This document shows positions 9,391 to 19,769 of a stretch of DNA of 40,273 nucleotides, piece after piece. Position numbers and translations under genes: made by a program. Under the pieces are notes generated by a model. The model was not told where the DNA came from and made no database searches. It was given only the letters and a program-made list of their open reading frames with translations. This stretch comes from Macrostomum lignano (lineage: Eukaryota). Every line of letters starts with the position of its first letter. Positions within the stretch are counted from its first letter, which is position 1. The stretch lies in contig NIVC01004626.1 in the NCBI GenBank assembly GCA_002269645.1, positions 1 to 40,273 on the forward strand. Direction: 5' to 3'.

Positions 9391-9985
9391 CAGCTCCGCG
9401 CTTGCGTCCTACCTTGATTTTTAACGGTGGAATCCAGTAGCAGCGGTCAAACGCCTGCTTGGGAGCTTCTATGAATTGCAGTTGTTGAATTTTTGGTACC
9501 GCGGTTAGAACCGAGTCGTGAATCACCGCCGTGTCTAGGGCGAACAGTACTCTATAGTAGCCCGTCTTGTTCTTGTAGTCGGTGCACAACTTGCCGCTCT
9601 TGTCGTACATTTTAAAGTCGTGAGCCAATCCGAATGCAGCGCTGTCGCAGCCAAAAGTGGGGTTGTACCCCAATAGCGCCATTCCTTGGATAGAGAGCTG
9701 GTGACACACGGAATTGAACGCTTCTGGTATGCAGCTCTCCAAGTGCTTTTGGGAAAGAATGATGAATTCGCGGCCTTCATTGTCGGTTCTCACACCCTTG
9801 ACAATCAGTACGGGCGTCGCATTGGCAAGATAGAGAGGGCCCTGTTCGTCGTACTCAATGTCGTACGTCTCGGTTCCGTTGTAGCTTGGACCTCTCGACT
9901 TGAGAGAGAATAGGTCGATCCTAACACTATTGTAGTCTTGAACGGTATCCATGTTGCTGCTGCTGTTGCTGAGAGTGGGTCTCAC
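9272..9985 (-). CDS. Hypothetical protein, possibly an OB-fold ssDNA-binding protein, with a basic tail
   Basis: 237-aa ORF, beta-rich, ending in a YRVLFALDTAVIHDSVLTAVPKIQQLQFIE strand pattern reminiscent of viral SSBs. TATATAA upstream at 10001-10007. Confidence 0.35.
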   Translation of the reverse strand: MRPTLSNSSSNMDTVQDYNSVRIDLFSLKSRGPSYNGTETYDIEYDEQGPLYLANATPVLIVKGVRTDNEGREFIILSQKHLESCIPEAFNSVCHQLSIQGMALLGYNPTFGCDSAAFGLAHDFKMYDKSGKLCTDYKNKTGYYRVLFALDTAVIHDSVLTAVPKIQQLQFIEAPKQAFDRCYWIPPLKIKVGRKRGAGGAERKQKQPKKPLAERRVRKQGVLRKVEPPTELGLGAR

Positions 9986-10043
9986 ACCCTGAGCGCCTCC
10001 TTATATACCCTTGGGCGGAGGGTGGGGTGGCTGGGCGTTTTTG

Positions 10044-10559
10044 TTATAGTGCTTCTTTAACGACACTTTCCGGTGTTGGAAATCCGGAAAAAATAAACCT
10101 TTTGTTTCGATCTTCTGGTCGAGGGGTTTGAGGCGTGTCGTTAATGCAGCTGCAGTGAGGGTTGATAGTCAACTTCGCTAGCACTGGTCTACTGTGTTTA
10201 GGTCGCCAAATCCTTTGGTGTTCTGTCCACGAGGGAGCAATCGGCTGGTGATTCCGGTACCGTATTTTCTCACGATGATCCTCTTGTAATATTGGGGCAA
10301 TTATCTGCTCCATTCTTTGAAGATTGGCTTTGAAATGCATCTTGTCTCTAAAGTAGTAGTCAATTCGGGCATCTGTATATTCTTGGGTGCTGTAAGGCCC
10401 TTGCCCAATTTCGTCTACCTCGACATTAAAGGTGACTAATCGTTCGGGAATTGGTTTGCCGTGACAAATGCATAACCAGTCTGTGGACTTTTTCAGGGTC
10501 TCGTACTCTGCCCTTTCTTTGCTCGATAAAAGCGGGTAGTCTCGAGAAATCCAGCTCAT
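10044..10559 (-). CDS. Hypothetical protein (171 aa)
   Basis: Co-oriented ORF filling the gene array; ATGA overlap with the upstream ORF stop. No recognised motif. Confidence 0.55.
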   Translation of the reverse strand: MSWISRDYPLLSSKERAEYETLKKSTDWLCICHGKPIPERLVTFNVEVDEIGQGPYSTQEYTDARIDYYFRDKMHFKANLQRMEQIIAPILQEDHREKIRYRNHQPIAPSWTEHQRIWRPKHSRPVLAKLTINPHCSCINDTPQTPRPEDRNKRFIFSGFPTPESVVKEAL

Positions 10560-10933
10560 TCCTCTGACTCGTCAGATTCGTCGAGAAAGAAATAGTGGAA
10601 GAAATTGTCGACTCTATTCTTTTCAACTGCACAAAGTATTTTGTCTGACAGGTGAAATTCGCAGTCTCCTTTTACGTACAGGCGCTTCCCGTCGATAACT
10701 TTGATAGATGCGCCGCCTCCGAGATCGTAATCTGTGCAGCTAGTGCCCAGAAATTTCATTCGATGCCATTGTGCTCGACTAAACACGGCTCCTGGACAGC
10801 TACAGTTTTGACAGTGGATGCGGAAACGCGGTTTGTTTGGGTCCCAATATCCCACTTCCAGCACTGCGTTGTCAACGTGGGTGTACACTATTTCCGATTG
10901 CCAGTACATTTCGATATTGTTGAGAAATACCAA
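10556..10933 (-). CDS. Hypothetical protein, possibly PC4-like (likely start MYWQ ~10909), acidic tail
   Basis: LEVGYW...RFRIHC...PGAVFSRAQWHRMK resembles the PC4 strand/G-x-x-x-x-x-QW helix pattern. TATA box about 30 nt upstream of the internal ATG. Confidence 0.4.
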   Translation of the reverse strand: MVFLNNIEMYWQSEIVYTHVDNAVLEVGYWDPNKPRFRIHCQNCSCPGAVFSRAQWHRMKFLGTSCTDYDLGGGASIKVIDGKRLYVKGDCEFHLSDKILCAVEKNRVDNFFHYFFLDESDESEE

Positions 10934-10943
10934 TTTTATTTAT

Positions 10944-11741
10944 TTATAGGCTGCCGTCTGAACAGATTTCCAACCATTCCCTCCACTGTAGAACGGTTCT
11001 CTCAATTGATAAAAGTAAATACGCCGCTAGGAGCCCCCGGTTGCTGCTGCGCGCTTCGTAAAGACAGTTGAGATATGTGTCTCTATTTGCATACGCAAAT
11101 GATACGGGTTCTGGCAGAATCCGGTTGATCAACTTTGATAATAACAACCTAGCAGTTCTACCATTGCCGTCGCTAAAGGGGTGTATGGTGAGAAACTTTT
11201 CTAGGAAATATGCTCCTGTCACTACTGCATCACGCAAGATTTGTGGCTCTTTTATGTCTCTAGTTAATTTTACCAGCTGCCGTTCAATATTTTCTGGGGC
11301 ACTGTAATACATACTCGCGCCTGCTGGCTTGGCGTGCTTAATTCTATACGATCCTGCATTCGGGAGCAGTCCTCTGCACACGCGTGTGTGAACTTGTCTA
11401 ACAAACTCTGTGTCAATTAACCCCCTCGTGTCATTGAGGTGTATTGCCGCACTCCATAGATTGGCTGTGACCATACAGGACCGGGTTTTTATCGCTTCTT
11501 CTGCTTCCTCCCAAGTCAACGCCACCTCTCTCTCCTCAATGTTTACTTCAGTTACGAATGCCAGCCGGGCTAGATACGTGAATTCTAAGCGCTCCTTTGC
11601 GGTCAATCCCTCGATTCTTTTCCTAGTGTCTGATAACAATCTTTCAATGAGGGGTAATCTGGCGCGCACGCTCTCGTTGCTGAAATAGGGGTTATCAGTT
11701 ATACCCTCTTCCATGTTCTCCATACAGAGGGTTTTGTACAC
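10944..11741 (-). CDS. Fic (Fido) domain protein, putative AMPylase
   Basis: Complete catalytic motif HPFSDGNGRTAR. Upstream QVHTRVCRGLLPNAGSYR is typical of Fic. N-terminal EVNIEE...ALTWEE resembles the inhibitory helix of HYPE-class Fic proteins. Confidence 0.92.
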   Translation of the reverse strand: MYKTLCMENMEEGITDNPYFSNESVRARLPLIERLLSDTRKRIEGLTAKERLEFTYLARLAFVTEVNIEEREVALTWEEAEEAIKTRSCMVTANLWSAAIHLNDTRGLIDTEFVRQVHTRVCRGLLPNAGSYRIKHAKPAGASMYYSAPENIERQLVKLTRDIKEPQILRDAVVTGAYFLEKFLTIHPFSDGNGRTARLLLSKLINRILPEPVSFAYANRDTYLNCLYEARSSNRGLLAAYLLLSIERTVLQWREWLEICSDGSL

Positions 11742-11798
11742 TGCTTCTATTTATGGTTGCATTAACACGTTGCTCGCGGCCTGTCTGTCCCTCTGCAG

Positions 11799-12442
11799 CC
11801 TGGGGGAGCTCTCTATCACTCACCGCCGGTCTGTCCCTCTACCACCCCGGCCTGGGGAAGCTCTCTGTCCCTCCGTGTGACTCACACTCCCTCTCTGTCC
11901 ACGCCGCGTGCTGCGACATGCCAGGGCAGCGCAGGGTGCCTCCACGCACTCTCTGTCCCAGCACCCCGTGTCTCTTTGTACCCCACCTCATACTGCTACA
12001 GGGGGCCGCCTGTTATCTGTCCCTTGCTACAGGGGGATGGCGGCTCTCCACGCACTACCCCTCCTGCTACAGGGGCTGCTCTCTGTCCCCCGCATGGGGG
12101 CCGGTTGCTCAGTGTACAGGGCTGCGTCAGCATCGGGGGTTTCCTTCCTACACTAACCGCGTGCACACGACATTGGTGGGAGGGCGGGAATCCCCCCGCC
12201 GGATGTACACCCCGAGGGAGGCCCATGCGCTGAAGGTACACTCGCTGGACGCCCAGCCGGCCGGATGTACACTCGCGGGAGGCCCACCCCGCTGGAGGTA
12301 CACTCGCTGGACACCCACCCCGCTGGAGGTACACCCCGGGGGAGGTGGTACACCCCGAGGGAGCACCTTGCCGCGGTGCTAGAGGCCGACATCAGCCCGA
12401 CGGACCTTCGCAAAATCGCGCCATACGGAATCCCTTAGTAGT
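11799..12442 (-). repeat. Right terminal inverted repeat
   Basis: Reverse complement of 1918-2581. Confidence 0.95.
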
Positions 12443-12598
12443 TACGCACGATGTACTCAAATAATATATCTCCGCCAAACCCCCAAAATTTTCACCTCTG
12501 TTTAAGTTAGAAAATATAAAAGCTGAATTCTGGGCTGCGACCGCCCTAACTTCGTTTTCTTTATCGTCAGCCAAAATCAATTATTGGTTTATTCTTTA

Positions 12599-12611
12599 TG
12601 GCGCCCAAACA
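12599..12611 (+). other. BEL primer-binding site (tRNA-Lys-like TGGCGCCC)
   Basis: TGGCGCCCAAACA directly follows the 5' LTR end and resembles known tRNA-Lys PBS sequences. Confidence 0.7.
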
Positions 12612-13171
12612 AAAAGTACAACAAACAATTTAAAACTATTGCGGCCTACAGAAGCTCAAGCTAGTGCAACTGCACTGAATCTCTAGCGCAGCGATATTTC
12701 ACGTTCCGCACGGGGCTGCTATGTTGGCTATCGGCGAAGCGCAGTCATCGGAATAAGCAGCAGCTCGCGGCCTCCGGATCGCTGCAGCGGTGGTCCCGTC
12801 AACGGTATTCCGGTCCCTCGGGTTCCACGAGCAACCTTCAGCCAGGCCCTCTCTGATCGATGTCGAACAGTCCTTGCGTTGATGAGTATCGTAACTGTTT
12901 CTCCTTTTACATTACGTTTTTTGCGCATCTCGTTAACATTATTGACAGTTATACGTATAGTTAATAGCTGATCGTTAAATTTTTCAAACTCTTGAATTTT
13001 AGAGTTTCTCTTAACAAATTTACTCGTATTTTTTTGCTTTTTGCATTCGCTTGTCTTCGTGTTCACTCGTAGTGTTATCCTGCAGTCTGCTTCTTTTTTT
13101 GGGCTGTCCGTCTTCAAGTTCTCAGTGTCGGGAGTTCTTGGCTTTAGCAGCATCTCCCAATTCAAGTCGTC

Positions 13172-16150
13172 ATGGTTCTCAGTGAAGACGAGCTATCTTC
13201 AGCAGTCAGGAAGCGTGCAGGTATCCGCGCGGCGATCACGAAGGCTGTTGGAAAGGCTGACCATCTTCTCTCCGTGGATATTGGTCGAGCTGCTAATCGT
13301 GCGGATGCGGAGGCAACTGTGCAGATTCTGAAGTCGAAATTGACGGCAGTGCAAGCATTGGATGAAGCCATAGAGGAGTCTGTAGCTGAAGAGGGGCTGG
13401 ATGCTGAAGTGGAAGAGAATCAAACTTATTCGATGAAGTGTATCAGCTTAATCAAGATGCTGGAAGCAACTTTCAATAGTCAACAATCGCCGGAGGAGTC
13501 AGCGGCCAAAAGTCATTCCGTAGAGTCCGGTCGCAGATCAAGCTTCCCAAGAGGCAAATCCCGACATTCACTGGGGAGATTTCGGCGTGGCAGTCATTTT
13601 GGGATCAGCTCAACTCTTCCATACATCGCAACTCTAGCCTGTCAGATATAGACAAGTTCAACTATCTCGTCAGCTCTCTGTCCGACTCAGTCAAGGCAAG
13701 CATTCGAGGCCTGTCAGTCACGGCGGCCAATTATTCAATAGCCTTAGATATTTTGCGAGAGCGCTACGGAAAGAAAGAAATCATAGTCAAGGACTTAATG
13801 CACAAGATATCTGAACTTCGTCTTCAGGACTTATCTCTAAAGTGTCTTCAGCAGTTTCACGACGACACAACTGCCAGCATGCGCAGCCTGGAGACTCAGG
13901 GTTGTAGTGTGAGCATCTTTTGTGAATTCTATTAGCTAGTTTCTATATTGTTGTTAATAATAATTATTTTTCTTTAATTTAGTTACGCGGTCTAATGTAC
14001 TTTTTCTTGTTAGTTAGAGTTTACTTTGCGTAAACAGGGTAAAAGTCAGACGCCAATTCTGTGACTCAGCGGAGGGTTGAAGTTTCTGCAAACCCCAGCT
14101 TTGCGCGGCCAGCCAATCAGAACCGGCCTGGACCCTGGCACGCGGCAAAATCCAACTCTACCCGGCGCCGCGGGCTCAGTGCAATTCAGCTTAGCAAGCG
14201 GCCGGCCAGACGACCACCACCCGGCTTGAGGGGGGTTTTGAGGGGTCTGACAATGACTATATATGAAAGTGTGTTTGGCGGTCGGATCTCACCCCTTTTT
14301 TTCCCGCTTCCGGTTTTGTTCCAACTTCCCGGCCGTTTTGCCCTATTTTGGTTCCGCGCTTTGAGGCGCTCAATTTCATCACCCCCGGTCCGTGTTTACT
14401 CACTGCCCGACCGCTTCAGTCTTGTAGCGTAACGTCTCGGCAATCCTTGTCTGAAGTCGTCGCTATTAAGCGCGGTCTAGATAGAGACTGACGGATTCGA
14501 TCAAGTACGTGGCCTCGACCCGAGGGCCTCAGTGTCACACTGAAGGGCAGCGCTGATAGAACTTAGTCAGTGCTCCGCTGAACAGTCGATTCGTCAGGGC
14601 TCTCGTTCGAGCGTAGGTTCTGGTTAGGCCAGTGTTTAGGAATCTTCTCCGTGGTCCTGTTCGGTTTTTCTTCTTCAAGCTGAGATCCGCTCGCCAGTGC
14701 GTTATCTAACTAATTAATTGATTATTATCGTTATTGTTCGTTTATCAGTGCTCGGAATTTAATTGCGTTGCGAAATTGTAGTAAGGATTGTAATCAACTT
14801 GACGTCATTTAATTAAATCGTCTGAGTCCATTACTCATTAGCTATTCTTACTAGGATTATCACTCTCTAAATCTATTCGGATCGTTTTCACCTGTGTTCT
14901 TCCTTTTCTTGTACCGTACTGCGACTATTTGAGAAAGATTGGTAGAACTCGCCGACCGGCGATAGGCAATAGGGCCAATAGTTTTAAAATCTCTGAACGC
15001 TCCAAAAATAGGTTTGTCTAGGGCCTAAACTATTGCTTTTCGTGCATGCTATTTATTTAATTGTATTTATCACAGGGTGTTGCCGCGGAATCGTATCAGT
15101 GTCTGCTGGTGCCAAGTCTAATGAACAGGTGCCCTGCTACATTCGACTCGACTTGATTCGGTCAGCTCAACTTCAGGGAAAACTATTGACACGCTTGGCA
15201 GCTTTCTGTGTTTTTTGAAGAATGAAATTTCTGTGCATGAGTCCGCTGGATCGCAGCTCAGCCACAAGTCAACTTCACAAGCATCTCATTCAGAGTCAAA
15301 GCAAGCTTCAAACTCATCAATGTCAATGGCATCAACACTGGTAGCAGTGCAACCGAAAGCACCAGACGCTACGAAAAAAATGTTTTGCACCTATTGCAAA
15401 GCTTTGCATCATTCGGAAATTGCGTGGAGTTCCCGACCGTGGCGTGGCGTGGACAATTTCTGGTGAAAGAGAAGCGGTGCTTCAAGTGCCTGCGGCCTGG
15501 TCACATGGTTCAACAGTGTCGCGATCCGCGGAAATGCCGTGATTGCTCCGGCAAGCATCACGTAAGCATCCGTGCTCAAGGCGTGTCTCGTAAAAAATCT
15601 CCACCTAAAGGTGAACGCCACAACGGCTTCTGGTTCCTCCGACAGCAAAGACAGCAAGGGTTCCTCCGGCTCAAAAAATCGATCTCAGTGTCTCACAGTT
15701 ACGGCCGACGATGAGGCCTCTCGTTCACGTCCTTCGTCTTCAGACTTGCATGGCTCGGAAACAAGGACCACATCATCACAGTTGGAAGCCAGCTCGCTCG
15801 TCATGTCAATGTTTATCTCTGAAAATCCCTCGGTAGCGCTACCAGTTGCCAAAGCTATTCTCTTGAGCGCCGACGGTCGCAGAGAAATGATGGTGCGCGT
15901 CCTTCTCGAAACAGCAAGTAATCGTAGTTATATTCGAAAGGATGTTTGTGAGGCTATGGGTTTTGGTGCGGAAATGACTGAAAATCTGAGTGTCTCATCC
16001 TTCTCTGGCCTCAACACAGACATTTAATCGGGCTGTGTAAGGTTTTCGTAGCGCAAACTCGATTCCTTTGAGACAGTTGAACTCCAGGCAAACATTGTTG
16101 AGACTATTTGTCAACCACAGCGATCTGTGAGGGTCAATGAATTCCAACAT
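13172..16150 (+). pseudogene. BEL gag plus aspartic protease region, frameshifted and interrupted by an insertion
   Basis: KLPKRQIPTFTGEISAWQSFWDQ...LRERYGK gag motif. Cys-His knuckles CTYCKALH and CFKCLRPGHMVQQCRDPRKCRDCSGKHH. Protease site VRVLLETASNRSYI has Glu in place of the catalytic Asp. Confidence 0.85.
13903..15074. mobile_element. Probable solo LTR (~1170 bp, TGT...ACA) inserted in BEL gag
   Basis: Flanked by a duplicated GGGT (13899-13902, 15075-15078; could be read as 6-bp CAGGGT). Removing it restores the frame LETQGVAAESYQCLLVPSLMNR. Confidence 0.75.
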
Positions 16151-16305
16151 CTATCCAGCTTGGATCTGGCCGATCCGTATGACCACGCGACGGACATACT
16201 CCGATTTCGATACTGATTGGATCAGATTTCTTTTATCAAATCGTCGGCGACGAGGTTATTCGTGGATCCCATGGTCCCGTTGCGATTTCTTCAAAGCTTG
16301 GTTAT

Positions 16306-19300
16306 GTGCTCTGCGGACCATTGACGCTTAGTATCTCAAAGTGCGATTCGGAACGATCATCGGATTTACAAAGTGTCCAGGAGGTCAACTGCGCGAATAC
16401 AGCAGCAGTTTGCTGCTTTGTCAATGGCCAAATATCTGTCTCGAAGTCCTTAAATGACGATTTCACTTCTCTTTGGAGGTTGGACTCAATCGGGATTCTA
16501 GATGACCCACAACCTGTTTCGTCCGACGTCTTCCCTTGCAACCCGCAGCTGCATGAGGGACGATATTCTGTGCAGTTGCCTTGGCGTTTCTCCAAGGAGA
16601 CGATTAGCCTGCGTGACCATTTCAATGTAGCGACAACTCGGCTAAAGGCGAGCATTCGACATCTTCAGCGTAATCCAGCACAACTAGCGCAGTGTGATGC
16701 TATTCTTTCCGAACAAGAAGAGCTCGGCATCATCGAGAAAGTTCCAGTCGACGTCAACGACCAGTCGCCGAACATCATTCATTATCTACTACACAGCTGC
16801 GTCACGAAAAAGGATAGCGAACACACGAAGCTACGCATGCTTTTTGACGGATCAGCAAAGACGGACAGTACAGACTTCTCTATCAACGACTTTCTGCTGA
16901 CGGGGCCTACGTGTTTTCCACTGATTCCCCCGATTTTTCTTCGCTTTCGCCTCAAGTCGGTAGCTGTACTAGCAGACATTGAAAAAGCGTTCCTTCAAAT
17001 CGGTATTGACTCGCGTGATCGAGACGCTCTTCGGTTCTTGTGGACAGAGACGACGCCCGACGAGCCCTACAAAGTCATACATTATAGATTCTGTCGAGTA
17101 CCTTTTGGCCTAACTTGTTCACCGGCGATTCTACGAGCTACCATATTGCGACACCTTGAACTGCATCAAGACGATGCTCGGACAGTTGTAAACATCTTAA
17201 AGACTAGCCTGTACATGGACAATTTAGTCACTTGTTGCGATTCGGATGAAGAAGCCGGCGAGTTGTACGCTCAGACGAAGCGAATTTTTGCGGAAGCAGG
17301 CATGAACATGCGGCAGTGGCAGTCAAATTCCAAGGATTTCATGAAGTCGCTTCCTGTAGCGGATGTCGATAAAGCAAAGAAAGTTCTTGGCCTTGCTGGG
17401 GAACCGGATGAAGACATTTTTCGGCTTGAGTTCGCTGCAGTGCTTGACTCCGTCGCAGGTCAGCGGTACTCTAAGAGAATGATGCTTTCAATTTTTTCAA
17501 AGCTGTTTGACCCACTTGGGTTCCTAACACCGGCAGTGACGCTGGTCAAAGCCTGGTTTCAACAGCTTTGCAAGCAGAAAGTCCCGTGGGACGGTGATAT
17601 TCCGAGTGAGATGGCAGCAAAATGGACCCGCTGGTTGGATTCACTCAAGACGTTGAATCTGAAACTTCATCGTTGTGTCGTGCCTCAACAATGGCAGTCA
17701 TGTCGCATTGAAATGCAATTGCACGGTTTTTCTGACGCTAGTAAACGAGCATATACTGCTGTCGTGTACCTAAGGGTTATCGATCATGAGCGCCAGGATG
17801 TTTCTGCTCATCTTCTCATCGCTAAGGCTCGAGTGGCGCCTGTCGTGTCCATCAGCATTGCTCGATTGGAGTTGCTTGGAGCATTAATTCTAGCTCGTTT
17901 AATGGACTTCGTCTCAATCCAACTTCCGGGTCTTAAGCGTCAACTGTGGACAGACAGCATGACTACACTGCAGTGGATCACGTGTGAGTCCAAGCTACGC
18001 CAAGTCTTTGTGCAAAATCGGGTCAGTGAAATTCGACGGTTGACAGAGGCTCAGTAATGGCACCACGTGTCAGGGGAGACGAACCCGGCCGACCTGCCAT
18101 CGCGAGGATGCTTGCCAGAGCAATTGGTTTGTGACGCGACATGGTTATCGGTCCGGAATTTCTTCGAAGATATGACACGCGAGATGCAACCCCGGCGGCA
18201 GTCTACTGTGAACCTGAGCAAAACGAAACGACGACTGTGATGACCGTGGAGTGTACCGATTCTTCTTCACCTTCTCTGCTCAAAGCGATTCAGATTTCAA
18301 GATTTTCTTCGTGGACCAAGCTCACTCGAGTGGTTGGTTGGATCTTGCGATTTGTCAGCATCTTGCGCCATCGGATTGTTAAGCGACCATCCTTGTTAAC
18401 GGCTACGGAAGTATTACAGGCAGAACAGTCAGTGCTGCGAGCCGTACAGTGCGAATCATTGTCGAACGAAATTTCGTGCCTCAGCGGTTCTGGACCTCGT
18501 ATGCCGTTAGTGCGCGATCTCAAATTGTTCCTTGATCCTGCTGGATTAGTTCGGTCAGCGGGTCGTCTGCAGGGCGCTGTGCCCTTCGACACCAACAATC
18601 CAGTGCTGATTCCCTCGAAGCACCCGCTCGAAACCCTGCTTGTCCGTCATTGCCATGCGGCTGTGATGCATTCCGGGGTCGCGGCAACAATATGCAAGCT
18701 TCGTGAACGTTTTTGGATTTTAAAGGCGAGACAGCGCGTGAAGCAGTTACTGGGGGAGTGTGTTGTCTGCAAGAAGTTTCAAGGTCGACCGTTTTCCATG
18801 AGTGCGGTTCCGTAGCTTCCATCCTTCCGTTTGTCAACTGTTCGTGCTTTTCGTACCGTAGGACTGGATTATGCTGGTCCGATATTCTATCGGACGGGGG
18901 AGGGTGGTGAGAGCAAAAAGGCGTACATCCTGCTCTTCACTTGCTCAGCAACTCGAGCCGTTCACCTGGAAGTTGTTTCGAGTATGGACAGCGAACAGCT
19001 TCTGCATGCACTGCGTCGGTTCGTGGCTCGACGGGGCATTCCCTCCGTCGTCAGTGACAATGCGTGGACATTTCGATCAGGCGCCAAACTGATCGGCGCT
19101 AGTATCTCAGAAGAGCTGCAGTCGTTCTGTTCGTCAAAGAAGATTTTTTGGCATTTTGTGCCCGAGCGAGCCCCGTGGTGGGGAGGCTACTGGGAAAGGC
19201 TGATTGGCATCGTGAAGATGGCACTAAAAAAGGCTGCAGGTCGACAGCTGTTTACCTACGACCAATTGATCACTCTAACTGTGGAAGTCGAAGCTGTGGT

Positions 19301-19769
19301 TAACTGTCGGGCGCTGTTGTATGTACCTTCGGATTCAGGCGACGGTATGAAGTTCATCACACCGTCCCATTTCATGGCAGCTAGTCGTCTCAGCCAAGAA
19401 CCGGAAGATATCGACGGTGAGGCGGACTCCGTTCTACCGCTTCCGAAACGGCTTAGAATGCTTAGAGCAGCTTGGAACCAATTTTGGAACCAATGGAAGA
19501 CGTCCTACTTGGAGTCTCTGCGCGAGAAAGCCCTAAAGGATCAACCTAACCGCTGTCCACCAAATGTTGGTGAAGTAGTTCTTCTGGCAGGTGAAGCTCG
19601 ACAACCAAGACTCAAATGGAAATTGGGTATTGTCAAGGAAGTTCGTCCTGGCCGTGATGGTGCTATCCGTTCGGTTCTTCTTCGCGTTGCGGGTGCTGGG
19701 AGTTCCCGGCGCTGGGAACGGGTGAGACGGCCAGTCCAGTCGTTGATTCCTTTAGAGGTTCAATCCTAA
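16306..19769 (+). pseudogene. BEL pol (RT, RNase H, integrase) with two in-frame stops (18055-18057, 18813-18815)
   Basis: RT: ADIEKAFLQI, PFGLTCSP, LYMDN. RNase H: FSDAS. Read-through of the stops gives AQ*WHHVSGETNPADLPSRG and VP*LPSFR. Integrase HHCC plus DDE (GLDYAGP, SDNA, WERL). Confidence 0.9.

Larger units (their letters stand above)
5098..10948 (-). promoter_or_regulatory. Recurrent minus-strand TATAAATA boxes in the viral gene array (plus-strand 5098-5107, 5461-5472, 6631-6639, 7820-7828, 8562-8570, 8848-8859, 10939-10948)
   Basis: Direct motif reading. All are on the coding strand, about 25-130 nt upstream of an ORF start, and several overlap an AATAAA and the stop of the preceding gene. 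Confidence 0.65.
1918..12442 (-). mobile_element. Polinton/Maverick (adintovirus)-like endogenous viral element, 10525 bp, no recognisable DNA polymerase
   Basis: 6-bp TSD TACGCA (1912-1917, 12443-12448), inverted ends ACTACTAAG...CTTAGTAGT, ~650-bp TIRs. Carries ATPase, cysteine protease, capsid and rve integrase genes, all co-oriented on the minus strand. Confidence 0.93.
1843..12598 (+). repeat. BEL 5' LTR, split into 1843-1917 and 12449-12598 by the Polinton-like insertion
   Basis: Joining the two halves (one copy of TACGCA) reproduces the 3' LTR with about 7 substitutions, homopolymer indels and a ~10-bp indel. Confidence 0.93.

Noticed and set aside
7700-11750. Protein-primed DNA polymerase B or SF1/SF3 helicase of the viral element
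   Set aside because: No Exo/Pol motifs (DxE, YxDTDS, KxxxNSxYG) or helicase Walker motifs seen in the ORF track translations, and no ORF is long enough.
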